Assembly: GCA_038199185.1 (NCBI GenBank)
Contig: JBBPZE010000060.1
Span: 5,066 to 69,065, forward strand
Length of the DNA stretch: 64,000 nt
Source: Solirubrobacterales bacterium
GTDB taxonomy: Bacteria; Actinomycetota; Thermoleophilia; Solirubrobacterales; Solirubrobacteraceae
Direction: 5' to 3'
The position numbers and the translations under genes are program-made. The notes under the pieces are model-generated. The model saw only the letters and a program-made list of their open reading frames with translations. It searched no databases and had not been told where the DNA came from. Numbering within the stretch: position 1 is the stretch's first letter; every line of letters begins with the position of its first letter. Shown one piece after another: positions 16,199 to 23,755 of the stretch.

Positions 16199-17563
16199 TT
16201 GCGCGCCATGTCCCTCACCGGGCCGCAGCCCGTCTCGAGCAACCCCGTCGCCCGCCTGGCCTCGGACCTCCGAGCGGAGAGGTCGGCCACCGTGCCGTTT
16301 CCGCAGGGAGACACCAACTTCAGCGCCAGGCGGACCCGGCGGGCGCTCGTCGACCCGCTGCACCTGTTCCTCGAGGCCTATGCCGACCACGGGCCGATCT
16401 TCACCGTGCGCATCCTCCACGCGCGCGTGGTCTTCATGCTGGGCCCGGAGGCCAACCACCACATGCTCGTCTCCCACGCCCAGGACTTCTCCTGGCGCGA
16501 GGGCCATTTCGCCGACCTCATCCCGCTGCTCGGTGACGGCCTGCTGACCATCGACGGGGAGTTTCACCGCCGCTCGCGACGGATCATGCTTCCCGCCCTG
16601 CACCACGAGCGCATCGCGGCCCTCGCCGACCTGATGGCCGACGAGGTCGACCGCGCGGTGGACCCGTGGCGCCCGGGAGCAGAGCTCGACCTCTACGCCT
16701 GGACGCGCCACCTGGCGATGCGCATCGCCATGCGGGCCCTGTTCGGCATGGACCCCGATCGCGCCGCGGGGCGCCCGGACGCCGCGGAGCAGTTCGAGAG
16801 GGCCCTGGGCTTCTGGGGCCAGCCCTACGGCGTGCAGCTGCTGCGCGGGCCCTTGACCCCCTGGGCGCGGATGCAGCGTGCCCGCCGCGAGCTCGACGAG
16901 CTGATCTACGCGGAGATCGACGCGCGGCGGGCCGGCGGGAAGCGCGGCGAGGACATCCTCTCGCTTCTCCTCGACGCCTCCGACGACGAGGGAGAGACGC
17001 TCTCCAGGCGCCAGATCCGCGACGAGGTCATGACGCTGCTGTTCGCCGGACACGACACGACGACCTCGACCGTGACGTTTCTCTTCCACGAGCTGGCCGG
17101 CGCGCCCGGATGGGCGGACCGCGCGGCGGGCAGCGCCGAGGACCTCGAGCTGTGCCTCGACGAGACGCTGCGCATGTTCCCTCCCGCGTGGGTGGGGCCT
17201 CGACGGGCCCTGACCGACTTCGAGTTCGCCGGCCAGAGCGTGCCCGCCGGCGCGTTCGTCAACTACAGCTCGTGGGTCAGCCACCACCTCCCCGATGTGT
17301 GGGATGAGCCGTTCTCCTTCCGGCCCGAGCGATTCGCCGCGGGGGCGCGCGAGCGGATCCCCAAGGGTGCCTATGTGCCGTTCGGCGGCGGCTCGCGGAC
17401 CTGCATCGGGATGCGCTTCGGCCAGCAGGAGATCCGGACGATCGCGCGGCGGGTCCTGCGCGACTTCCGACTGGAGCTCCCCGCCGGCCACGAGCTCAAG
17501 ATCCGCCAGACGCCGACCATCGGCCCGGTGGGAGGGCTGCCGGTCCGGCTTCGCGCCGCGTGA
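16199..17563 (+). CDS. Cytochrome P450.
   Basis: Heme-binding motif FGGGSRTCIGMRFG and I-helix AGHDTT. ATG 16208 is an alternative start. Confidence 0.9.
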   Translation: MRAMSLTGPQPVSSNPVARLASDLRAERSATVPFPQGDTNFSARRTRRALVDPLHLFLEAYADHGPIFTVRILHARVVFMLGPEANHHMLVSHAQDFSWREGHFADLIPLLGDGLLTIDGEFHRRSRRIMLPALHHERIAALADLMADEVDRAVDPWRPGAELDLYAWTRHLAMRIAMRALFGMDPDRAAGRPDAAEQFERALGFWGQPYGVQLLRGPLTPWARMQRARRELDELIYAEIDARRAGGKRGEDILSLLLDASDDEGETLSRRQIRDEVMTLLFAGHDTTTSTVTFLFHELAGAPGWADRAAGSAEDLELCLDETLRMFPPAWVGPRRALTDFEFAGQSVPAGAFVNYSSWVSHHLPDVWDEPFSFRPERFAAGARERIPKGAYVPFGGGSRTCIGMRFGQQEIRTIARRVLRDFRLELPAGHELKIRQTPTIGPVGGLPVRLRAA

Positions 17564-18444
17564 GCGAGCGACCGCCCGTCGACGTCGTCGTCCCCTTCGC
17601 CGGGACCGCCGACGAGCTGCGGGCGCTGATCGGACGGCTGGGCGCGGTGGCCACCCGCCCGGGCGACACGGTCGTCGTCGCCGACAACCGCGGGGTCGGC
17701 GTCGTCGGCAGCGACCGCGTACGCGTCGTCGACGCGCACGGGCGCCGCGGCTCCTACCACGCCCGCAACGTAGGAGCGCGCACGGGTGCGGCCCCGTGGC
17801 TGCTGTTCGTCGACGCCGACGTCGAGCCCGCTCGCGACCTGCTCGACCGCCTGTTCGAGCCCTCTCCCGGCGAGCGCACGGCCGTGTTGGCGGGTGCGGT
17901 GGTCGACGAACCGCCTCCCGCCGGCGGGAACGCCCCGGCCGCTCTGCGCTACGCGTGGCTGAAGTCGTCGATGAGCCAGGAGAACACCCTCGGGCGCGAC
18001 AGCTGGGCTTTTGCGCAGACCGCGAACTGCGCGGTGCGCCGGGGCGCGTTCGCCGAGGTCGGCGGCTTCTGTGACGAGGCCGTCTCGGGCGGCGACGCCG
18101 ACCTGTGCTTCCGGCTCGAGGCCGCGGGGTGGCGGCTCGAGTCGCGGCCCGGCGCAACGGTGCTGCACCGCAACCGCACGACCATCTCCCGCATGCTCGC
18201 CCAGCGCGCTCGCCACGGAGCCGGGGCCGCGTGGCTCGCCCGGCGCCACCCCGGGGCCCTCCCACCGCGGCGACCGGCCGGGCTGGCGTGGTGGAGCATG
18301 CGCCGCGCGGCCGGCGGGCTGGGCGCGCTGCTGCACGGCGATCGCGACGCGGCGCTCGTCGGGCTGCTCGACGGGCCGGCCGTGTGGGCCTTCGAGCTCG
18401 GGAGGCGGCTTCCGGCCCGGCTCCTGGGTCAGCCGCGCCGATAG
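17560..18444 (+). CDS. Glycosyltransferase family 2, translationally coupled to the P450.
   Basis: VDVVVPFAGT..., FVDADV, and a GGDADLCFRL-type region. A GTGA overlap joins it to the P450 stop. Confidence 0.75.
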   Translation: MSERPPVDVVVPFAGTADELRALIGRLGAVATRPGDTVVVADNRGVGVVGSDRVRVVDAHGRRGSYHARNVGARTGAAPWLLFVDADVEPARDLLDRLFEPSPGERTAVLAGAVVDEPPPAGGNAPAALRYAWLKSSMSQENTLGRDSWAFAQTANCAVRRGAFAEVGGFCDEAVSGGDADLCFRLEAAGWRLESRPGATVLHRNRTTISRMLAQRARHGAGAAWLARRHPGALPPRRPAGLAWWSMRRAAGGLGALLHGDRDAALVGLLDGPAVWAFELGRRLPARLLGQPRR

Positions 18445-19313
18445 GGATCGCGGCGACCGAGGAGCGTCCGCAGGACCGGCACGGCGAGCATCGTCCGCCG
18501 GCGCCCCGCCGGCAGGAGTGCCCGGGCCTCCCGGTAACGGCCGGCGCGGATCATGCCCTCGGCCTCGCCGGCACGGTCGCGCCCGGCCGCCAGCGCGCGC
18601 AGCTCGGGTGAGACGGCGGCGGCATGGCGGGCGTGCAGCTCGCCCGTGGCGCGGGCGAGCGTGGTGAGCTGCGCCGACATCGCGTGGGAGTGGCGGCGGT
18701 AGCGGACGACGGCATCGGGAACCGACACCCACGAGCCGCCGGCGGTCGTCATTCGCAGCCACAGCTCCCAGTCCTCCGCGCTGCGGTAGGAGGTGTCGAA
18801 CCCGGCGAAGGCGCTGCGGCGCAGCACGACGCTCGACATCGGAACCGGGTTGCGCTCGTAGAGCGCGGCGACGTCATCGAAGCTGCCCGGCGGCGGACCG
18901 TCCCAGCGCTCGCCCGTCTCGCGCCCGTCGGCGCCGACGATGCGCGCGCTGCCGAAGGCGCCGAGGGCCCACGGCGCGCGCTCCAGCGCGTGGACCCGCG
19001 CAGTGAGGCTTCCGGGCTCCCAGGCGTCGTCGCCGTCGCAGAAGGCGATCAGCTCGACACCCTCTCCCAGCGCGGCGGCGCCGTGGTTGCGCGCACCCGG
19101 GAGGAAGAGCCGCTCGTCGCTGCGCACGAGCCGGACACCCTGCGCCACGTGGTCGGGATGCAGGACGACGGGGTCCTCGGACGCATCGTCGACCACGACC
19201 ACCTCCGACGGCTCCTCAGCGAGGATGCAGTCGAGCGCCTCGGCGAGGTAGGGCGCCCAGCCGCGAACAGGAACGACGACGCCGACGGTCACGATGCGTG
19301 ACGGTAGCCTCAC
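18429..19313 (-). CDS. Glycosyltransferase family 2.
   Basis: VGVVVPVRGWAPYLAEALDCIL, VVVVDDASEDP, FCDGDD. Confidence 0.8.
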   Translation of the reverse strand: MRLPSRIVTVGVVVPVRGWAPYLAEALDCILAEEPSEVVVVDDASEDPVVLHPDHVAQGVRLVRSDERLFLPGARNHGAAALGEGVELIAFCDGDDAWEPGSLTARVHALERAPWALGAFGSARIVGADGRETGERWDGPPPGSFDDVAALYERNPVPMSSVVLRRSAFAGFDTSYRSAEDWELWLRMTTAGGSWVSVPDAVVRYRRHSHAMSAQLTTLARATGELHARHAAAVSPELRALAAGRDRAGEAEGMIRAGRYREARALLPAGRRRTMLAVPVLRTLLGRRDPYRRG

Positions 19314-19319
19314 GCTGTC

Positions 19320-19393
19320 GGGCGCTTAGCTCAGCTGGTCAGAGCACCACGTTTACACCGTGGGGGTCGCTGGTTCGAGTCCAGCAGCGCCCA
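19320..19393 (+). tRNA. tRNA-Val (anticodon UAC).
   Basis: GGGCGCTTAGCTCAGCTGGTCAGAGCACCACGTTTACACCGTGGGGGTCGCTGGTTCGAGTCCAGCAGCGCCCA, with anticodon loop TTTACAC. Confidence 0.95.
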
Positions 19394-19449
19394 TCGTCGT
19401 CGCGCGACCGGTGGCTGTGACATGTCGCGACGTGATACGTAGTGGCTAC

Positions 19450-19875
19450 GTGAGACGTCTCGTGCTCGTGATTCTTGCCGGCGGCCTGACGGCTTGCGGC
19501 TCCGGCGTGGACGCAGCGGCGCCGCGCGGCGGATCGGTGACGGCGGCAAGCGTGGCGCTCTCCGCGCACACCCACCACGGGGCCGACGCGCTGAGCGCGC
19601 TTCGCGTCAGCGGGCGCTGCCTCACGGGACGGGTCTGGGTCATCGTCGGCCACGAGCCGCCCTACGAGCCGCTTCGCCGCACGGGCTCCCCCGCGATCGA
19701 CCGCACGCGTCCCCCCACCCACGCCCGGCTGGCCACGCCGTGTCACGGCGGGCGCTTCACCGTTCGCAGGAAGCAGCTCGCGGTCCGCTGGGGCGACTCC
19801 CCGCTGCGGGCCCGGACCTCCACCGAGCACGGGGACGGGGTCGAGGTGACCACCCACACGTACGCCATCGAGTAG
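19450..19875 (+). CDS. Putative small lipoprotein.
   Basis: A GTG start gives (M)RRLVLVILAGGLTACGSG, with lipobox LTAC. The track start at 19360 would overlap tRNA-Val. Confidence 0.4.
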   Translation: MRRLVLVILAGGLTACGSGVDAAAPRGGSVTAASVALSAHTHHGADALSALRVSGRCLTGRVWVIVGHEPPYEPLRRTGSPAIDRTRPPTHARLATPCHGGRFTVRRKQLAVRWGDSPLRARTSTEHGDGVEVTTHTYAIE

Positions 19876-19909
19876 CCCGCGGGCTACTTCGAGTAGCCCA
19901 CGGGCTGCT
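19868..19909. repeat. Two 21-nt direct repeats.
   Basis: tcgagtagcccgcgggctact followed by tcgagtagcccacgggctgct. Each contains a short GC palindrome. Confidence 0.7.
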
Positions 19910-19915
19910 GCCCGC

Positions 19916-19956
19916 GACCTGAACTGTATACCCACCCGGGGTATACAGTTCAGGTC
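19916..19956. repeat. Perfect 18-bp inverted repeat with a 5-nt loop. Could be a terminator or an operator.
   Basis: gacctgaactgtataccc (19916-19933), loop acccg, then gggtatacagttcaggtc (19939-19956). Confidence 0.8.
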
Positions 19957-20009
19957 ATGGCCGATCGTCATGCTGGGCGACCATCGCGTCTGCCTGTGAT
20001 GATCGGGAC

Positions 20010-20759
20010 ATGGACCTGGGGCTCACGGGCCGCGCGGCGCTCGTCACGGGTGCGTCGCAGGGAATCGGCCGCGCGATCGCGGCCGAGCTGGTGGCCGAGG
20101 GTGCTGACGTCGCGATCAGCTCGCGCTCGCCCGAGCGCATCGGGGCGGCCGCCGCAGAGATCGGAGCGACCGGCTTCACCTGGGACTCGGCCGATCTGGA
20201 CGGAGCCTCGCGGCTGTTGCGCGACGTCGAGGCGAAGGTCGGGCCCATCGAGATCCTGGTCTGCAACACGGGCGGCCCACCGGCGGGGGCCAGCTCGCTG
20301 GACTTCACTCCTGAGCAGTGGGAGGAGGCCTACCGCTCGCTGGTGCTCTCACCGATGGCGCTCGTCCAACGCGTCGTCGGCGGGATGCGGCGACGGGGGT
20401 GGGGCCGGATCCTCAACGTCGTGTCCACGACTGTGCGCGAGCCCGTGCCCTACCTCATGCTCTCCAATACCCACCGCGCCGCGATGCTCGCGGCGTTCAA
20501 GACCGTGTCGAGCGAGGTCGCCTCCGACGGCGTGACGCTCAACTCGATCCTGCCGGGCCGGATCGGAACGGAACGGCTCGTGTCGCTGTACGGATCCCGG
20601 GAGGCGGCCGACGAGGTCGGCCGCACCGAGGTCCCCGCCGGGCGACTGGGGACCGTGGAGGAGATGTCGGGCGCTGCCGCGTTCCTCGTCTCCGAGCGGG
20701 CCGGCTACATCACCGGCCAGTGGCTGGCGGTTGATGGCGGCATCATGAAGTCCATCTGA
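20010..20759 (+). CDS. Short-chain dehydrogenase/reductase (SDR) family oxidoreductase.
   Basis: LVTGASQGIGRAIA Rossmann motif. 249 aa. Confidence 0.9.
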   Translation: MDLGLTGRAALVTGASQGIGRAIAAELVAEGADVAISSRSPERIGAAAAEIGATGFTWDSADLDGASRLLRDVEAKVGPIEILVCNTGGPPAGASSLDFTPEQWEEAYRSLVLSPMALVQRVVGGMRRRGWGRILNVVSTTVREPVPYLMLSNTHRAAMLAAFKTVSSEVASDGVTLNSILPGRIGTERLVSLYGSREAADEVGRTEVPAGRLGTVEEMSGAAAFLVSERAGYITGQWLAVDGGIMKSI

Positions 20760-20798
20760 AGTCCCGGCAAAATGCCCGATTCGCGGGCTCATCTCGAG

Positions 20799-21122
20799 TG
20801 GGTCGCTTGGGACTCGAACCCAAATCTGACGGATTAACTTGCCGCACCGGCTTTCACCGGCCACCCGCCTGGCGGGCTTGCGGTCTGGACCATCTCTTCG
20901 CCCTCGACTCGACGTTAGGGCGGGCGGCGTATGGCCTCTGAGGGCTCTCCGCTCTCACGGGTTGCCTGCTGATCGCCCAATCCCTCGGATTTTCACCGCG
21001 CTCGCGCGCTGGTACCTCGGGCTCTCAGGGGGTTCCAGCAAACAGCCGCCGACATACCAGTGGTTTCCCTACTGGCGCTCCTTTCGTGAAGTCCGTTGCT
21101 CTACCAATTGAGCTAGCGACCC
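20799..21122 (-). tRNA. tRNA-Lys (anticodon UUU) interrupted in the anticodon loop by a group I intron.
   Basis: The 5' exon (21122-21089) is GGGTCGCTAGCTCAATTGGTAGAGCAACGGACTT. The 3' exon (20837-20799) is TTAATCCGTCAGATTTGGGTTCGAGTCCCAAGCGACCCA. Joined, they give a 73-nt cloverleaf with loop CTTTTAA. Confidence 0.85.
20838..21088 (-). ncRNA. Group I intron (IC3-like, tRNA-anticodon-loop type), 251 nt, with no internal ORF.
   Basis: The 5' exon ends in U and the intron ends in G. It contains CCAGUAGGGAAACCACUGG (GAAA-capped P2-like hairpin). The core GCCCUAACGUCGAGUCGAGGGCGAAGAGAUGGUCCA closely parallels the cyanobacterial tRNA-Leu intron core as I recall it. A terminal GCCGGUGAAAGCCGGUGC hairpin is also present. 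Confidence 0.8.
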
Positions 21123-21123
21123 A

Positions 21124-21196
21124 TACCCCCAGCCGGACTCGAACCGGCGATCTTCTGCGTGAAAGGCAGACGTCCTGACCACTAGACCATGGGGGC
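21124..21196 (-). tRNA. tRNA-Glu (anticodon UUC).
   Basis: GCCCCCATGGTCTAGTGGTCAGGACGTCTGCCTTTCACGCAGAAGATCGCCGGTTCGAGTCCGGCTGGGGGTA. Its 3' end lies 1 nt from the tRNA-Lys 5' end. Confidence 0.9.
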
Positions 21197-21235
21197 CCAC
21201 GGGGGGATTCTACGCCGCAACGTCCGAGGCTGGTG

Positions 21236-21249
21236 CGAACATGTGTTCG
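21236..21249. promoter_or_regulatory. Candidate LexA (Cheo/SOS) box.
   Basis: CGAAC-ATGT-GTTCG is a perfect match to the Gram-positive CGAAC-RNRY-GTTCG core. It lies about 55 nt upstream of the HNH gene ATG. Confidence 0.45.
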
Positions 21250-21302
21250 TGCGCAGGATCGCCGGCCGGCCCTCCCCTCCGAGACCCGATGACCGCAATG
21301 GG

Positions 21303-21656
21303 ATGTGCAAGCGGCATGGCCGGGGGATCTTCCGGCGCTATGGCGACCGCTGGAGGTGTCGGCGTTGCGTCAGCGAAGCGGTCACCCGCCGACACCGGGT
21401 GGTCCGAATGCTGCTGGTCGCCGAGGCCGGCGGTTGCTGTGCGATCTGCGGCTATGCCCGCTGCGGGTGGAACCTGCATTTCCACCATGTCGATCCTGCC
21501 GAGAAGTCGTTCGCGATGACCATGGCCAGCGGCAAGGGCCTGGCGCAGTACCGGACCGAGGCGACGAAGTGCGTTCTGCTCTGCGCGAACTGTCACGGAG
21601 AGGTCGAGGCGGGCCTCATCCCCAGCCCACCCACCGGCGCGGTATTCGCCGCCTGA
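21303..21656 (+). CDS. HNH endonuclease family protein.
   Basis: CCAICGY...NLHFHHVDPAEK...CVLLCANCHGEVE. The track start at 21189 overlaps tRNA-Glu, so ATG 21303 is preferred. Confidence 0.7.
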   Translation: MCKRHGRGIFRRYGDRWRCRRCVSEAVTRRHRVVRMLLVAEAGGCCAICGYARCGWNLHFHHVDPAEKSFAMTMASGKGLAQYRTEATKCVLLCANCHGEVEAGLIPSPPTGAVFAA

Positions 21657-23362
21657 CGCGCCGCCGCGCGGCGACGGGCCGATGGAGAGCGGAGGGCGTC
21701 GAACAGCAGGTCGATCGAGCGGTCGAGCTGGTCGATCGTGGCTTCCTGTACGCGGGTGACGCCCACCTCGCGGTTGACCCACGCGTTGATCTCCGCCGGG
21801 GGGCGCCCCGTGCTGCGGCCGAGATCGGTCACGAGGCGGCGGCGGTCCTCGCGCAGTCGCTTACGCCGCTCGAACGCCGACACGGCGGGGACCGGTTCCG
21901 GGGCGGCGACCGCCGGGGCCGCCGTGAGTGCCGCTGCGGGCGGGGACGGCCCGCCGCCGAAGAGCGCCATCTGCGGCGCGACATCCGCGGAGAGGGCGAC
22001 GAAGGCGGGCGCCTCCGTCTGCTCGCTCTCGCCGCCCTCCGGCGGCTCGTCGAGCAGCGCCTCGGCGGCATCGGCAGGGGCGAGGACGTGCAGCAGCTCG
22101 CGCTCGACGTCGGCCGCATGGGCCTGCAGGACGGGGTCGCCCGGGAGGTAGAGCCAGCTGCACTCCACGCGCGCTCCCGCGATGACCCGGACGAAGCGGC
22201 CGACGATCTGGCGGAAGATGAGCGCGGTCTTGGCCGCCGTCGCGTAGACACCGACCCGCAGCCGCGGGATGTCGACGCCCTCGGAGACCATGTTGACCGC
22301 CACGATCCAGCGGCGATTGCCGTTGCGAAACGCCTCGAGCTTGGCGTGCGCGCGAGGGTCGGTGTGGACGACCACCGTCGGCGCCTCGCCGGAGATCTCG
22401 CGGAGGACCATCGCCACCCGCCGGGCGTGGGCGGCGTCGGCGGCCACGACCAGGCCCCCGGCGTCGCGGTGGCCGCCGGATCTGCGCACGTCCTCGAGCC
22501 GTGCGTGCGCCTCGCGCAGGATCCGGGGCAGCCCGTTCTCCAGCTCGGTGGAGATCGCGGTGCGGTAGCGGCGCGAGGACTCGCGGGCCGTGAGCACGTC
22601 GTTGAACCCGGCCTCGATCACGTCGTCGCCGTTGCGCCACTGCAGCGTGCCGTCGAACGGGATGAAGGTGACGGGCCGGCAGATCCCGTCGCGCACCGCG
22701 TCGTCGTAGCCGTAGGTGAAGTCCGGAACCGCCACGCCGTCGTGGCCGTAGTGCACGCCCGGAATCGGCGTCGCGTCCGAGCGGAAGGGCGTCCCCGTCA
22801 ACAGCAGCCGGCGGCCCGCGGCGGCGAACGCCTGCTCGAAGGCGTTGCCCCACGCGAGGTCGTCTCCGAGGTGGTGGACCTCGTCGGCGATGACCAGCGT
22901 GCCGGGGGTGCACGTCCGCATGAAGGCGGCCACCGCACCCGCGACCCGCGCATAGGTCACCGCCACCCCGTGGAAGTCGCGCGGAGGTCTGAGGTCGGGC
23001 GCGTCCGGCGCGAGCTGCAGCCCCAGGCGCCCGGCGGCCCTGGCCCACTGCCGGGTGAGCGGGCTCGTCGGGCAGACGACTGCGACCCGCGTGATCGCGC
23101 CGGACTTCAGGAGTCCCCCGGCCAGCTCCAGCGCGGGGCGCGTCTTTCCCGCACCGGGTGCCGCGTTGAGGAGAAAGCAGCCGGAGCTCCACGTCGCCAT
23201 GCGCTCGAGCACATCGGTCTGCCAGCCGCGGAGGGTTGTCACAGGCTGGGCCGGCAGCGAAAGGAGACCATCGAGAGCGGGCAGTGTGCGACGCGGTCCG
23301 GACGGACAGGGCAAACCCCTGCACACGGGGCCACGCGGGTGCCCGCCTTCGATCGCCCGCAC
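21593..23362 (-). CDS. SF2 DEAD/DEAH-box helicase.
   Basis: LNAAPGAGKTR (motif I), IADEVHHLG (motif II), LLLTGTPFRSD (motif III), VNMVSEGVDIPRL. Confidence 0.8.
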   Translation of the reverse strand: MRAIEGGHPRGPVCRGLPCPSGPRRTLPALDGLLSLPAQPVTTLRGWQTDVLERMATWSSGCFLLNAAPGAGKTRPALELAGGLLKSGAITRVAVVCPTSPLTRQWARAAGRLGLQLAPDAPDLRPPRDFHGVAVTYARVAGAVAAFMRTCTPGTLVIADEVHHLGDDLAWGNAFEQAFAAAGRRLLLTGTPFRSDATPIPGVHYGHDGVAVPDFTYGYDDAVRDGICRPVTFIPFDGTLQWRNGDDVIEAGFNDVLTARESSRRYRTAISTELENGLPRILREAHARLEDVRRSGGHRDAGGLVVAADAAHARRVAMVLREISGEAPTVVVHTDPRAHAKLEAFRNGNRRWIVAVNMVSEGVDIPRLRVGVYATAAKTALIFRQIVGRFVRVIAGARVECSWLYLPGDPVLQAHAADVERELLHVLAPADAAEALLDEPPEGGESEQTEAPAFVALSADVAPQMALFGGGPSPPAAALTAAPAVAAPEPVPAVSAFERRKRLREDRRRLVTDLGRSTGRPPAEINAWVNREVGVTRVQEATIDQLDRSIDLLFDALRSPSARRRAAARQAANTAPVGGLGMRPASTSP

Positions 23363-23755
23363 CTAATCGGAGTCAGCGACGCACGCGGTCGCCTCGACCT
23401 CAACGAGCATGCGCGGGCCGATCAGCCCGGCCACCTGCACCATCGCGGAGGCCGGCGGCGCCGCACCGAATGCGTCCGCGTGGGCACGGCCGATGTCCGG
23501 CCAGCACGAGACGTCCGTCACGTAGACGCGCGTCTGGACCAGGTCGCCCGGTCCAGCGCCCGCCTGGGCGAGCGCCGCGACGACATTGCGACACGCCTGC
23601 GCGGTCTGCTCGTAGGCGTCATCGGAGACCAGCTCGCCGTCGGCCCCCACCCCCGTGCAGCCGGCCACGAACACCAGCCGGCCCGCACGGACGGCCCGGC
23701 TATAGCCGATCGCCTGCTCCCAGCGCCCTCCGGAGGCGAAGCGCTCGATGCTCAA
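23363..23755 (-). CDS. ridA: RidA/YjgF family reactive-intermediate deaminase.
   Basis: A TTG start gives SIERFASGGRWEQAIGYSRAVRAGRLVFVAGCTG...VQVAGL. Only the 3' third of track ORF 23363..24094 is coding-like. Confidence 0.75.
   Translation of the reverse strand: MSIERFASGGRWEQAIGYSRAVRAGRLVFVAGCTGVGADGELVSDDAYEQTAQACRNVVAALAQAGAGPGDLVQTRVYVTDVSCWPDIGRAHADAFGAAPPASAMVQVAGLIGPRMLVEVEATACVADSD

Noticed and set aside
19916-19956. The CTGTATAC...GTATACAG core of the 18-bp palindrome resembles an E. coli-type LexA box.
   Set aside because: The CTG-to-CAG spacing is 19 nt rather than 10. This lineage would use the CGAAC-N4-GTTCG type box, of which a perfect copy exists at 21236-21249.
21189-21302. 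An upstream GTG start for the HNH gene, giving the 155-aa track ORF.
   Set aside because: It would overlap tRNA-Glu and swallow the SOS-type box. The N-terminal extension is Arg-rich.
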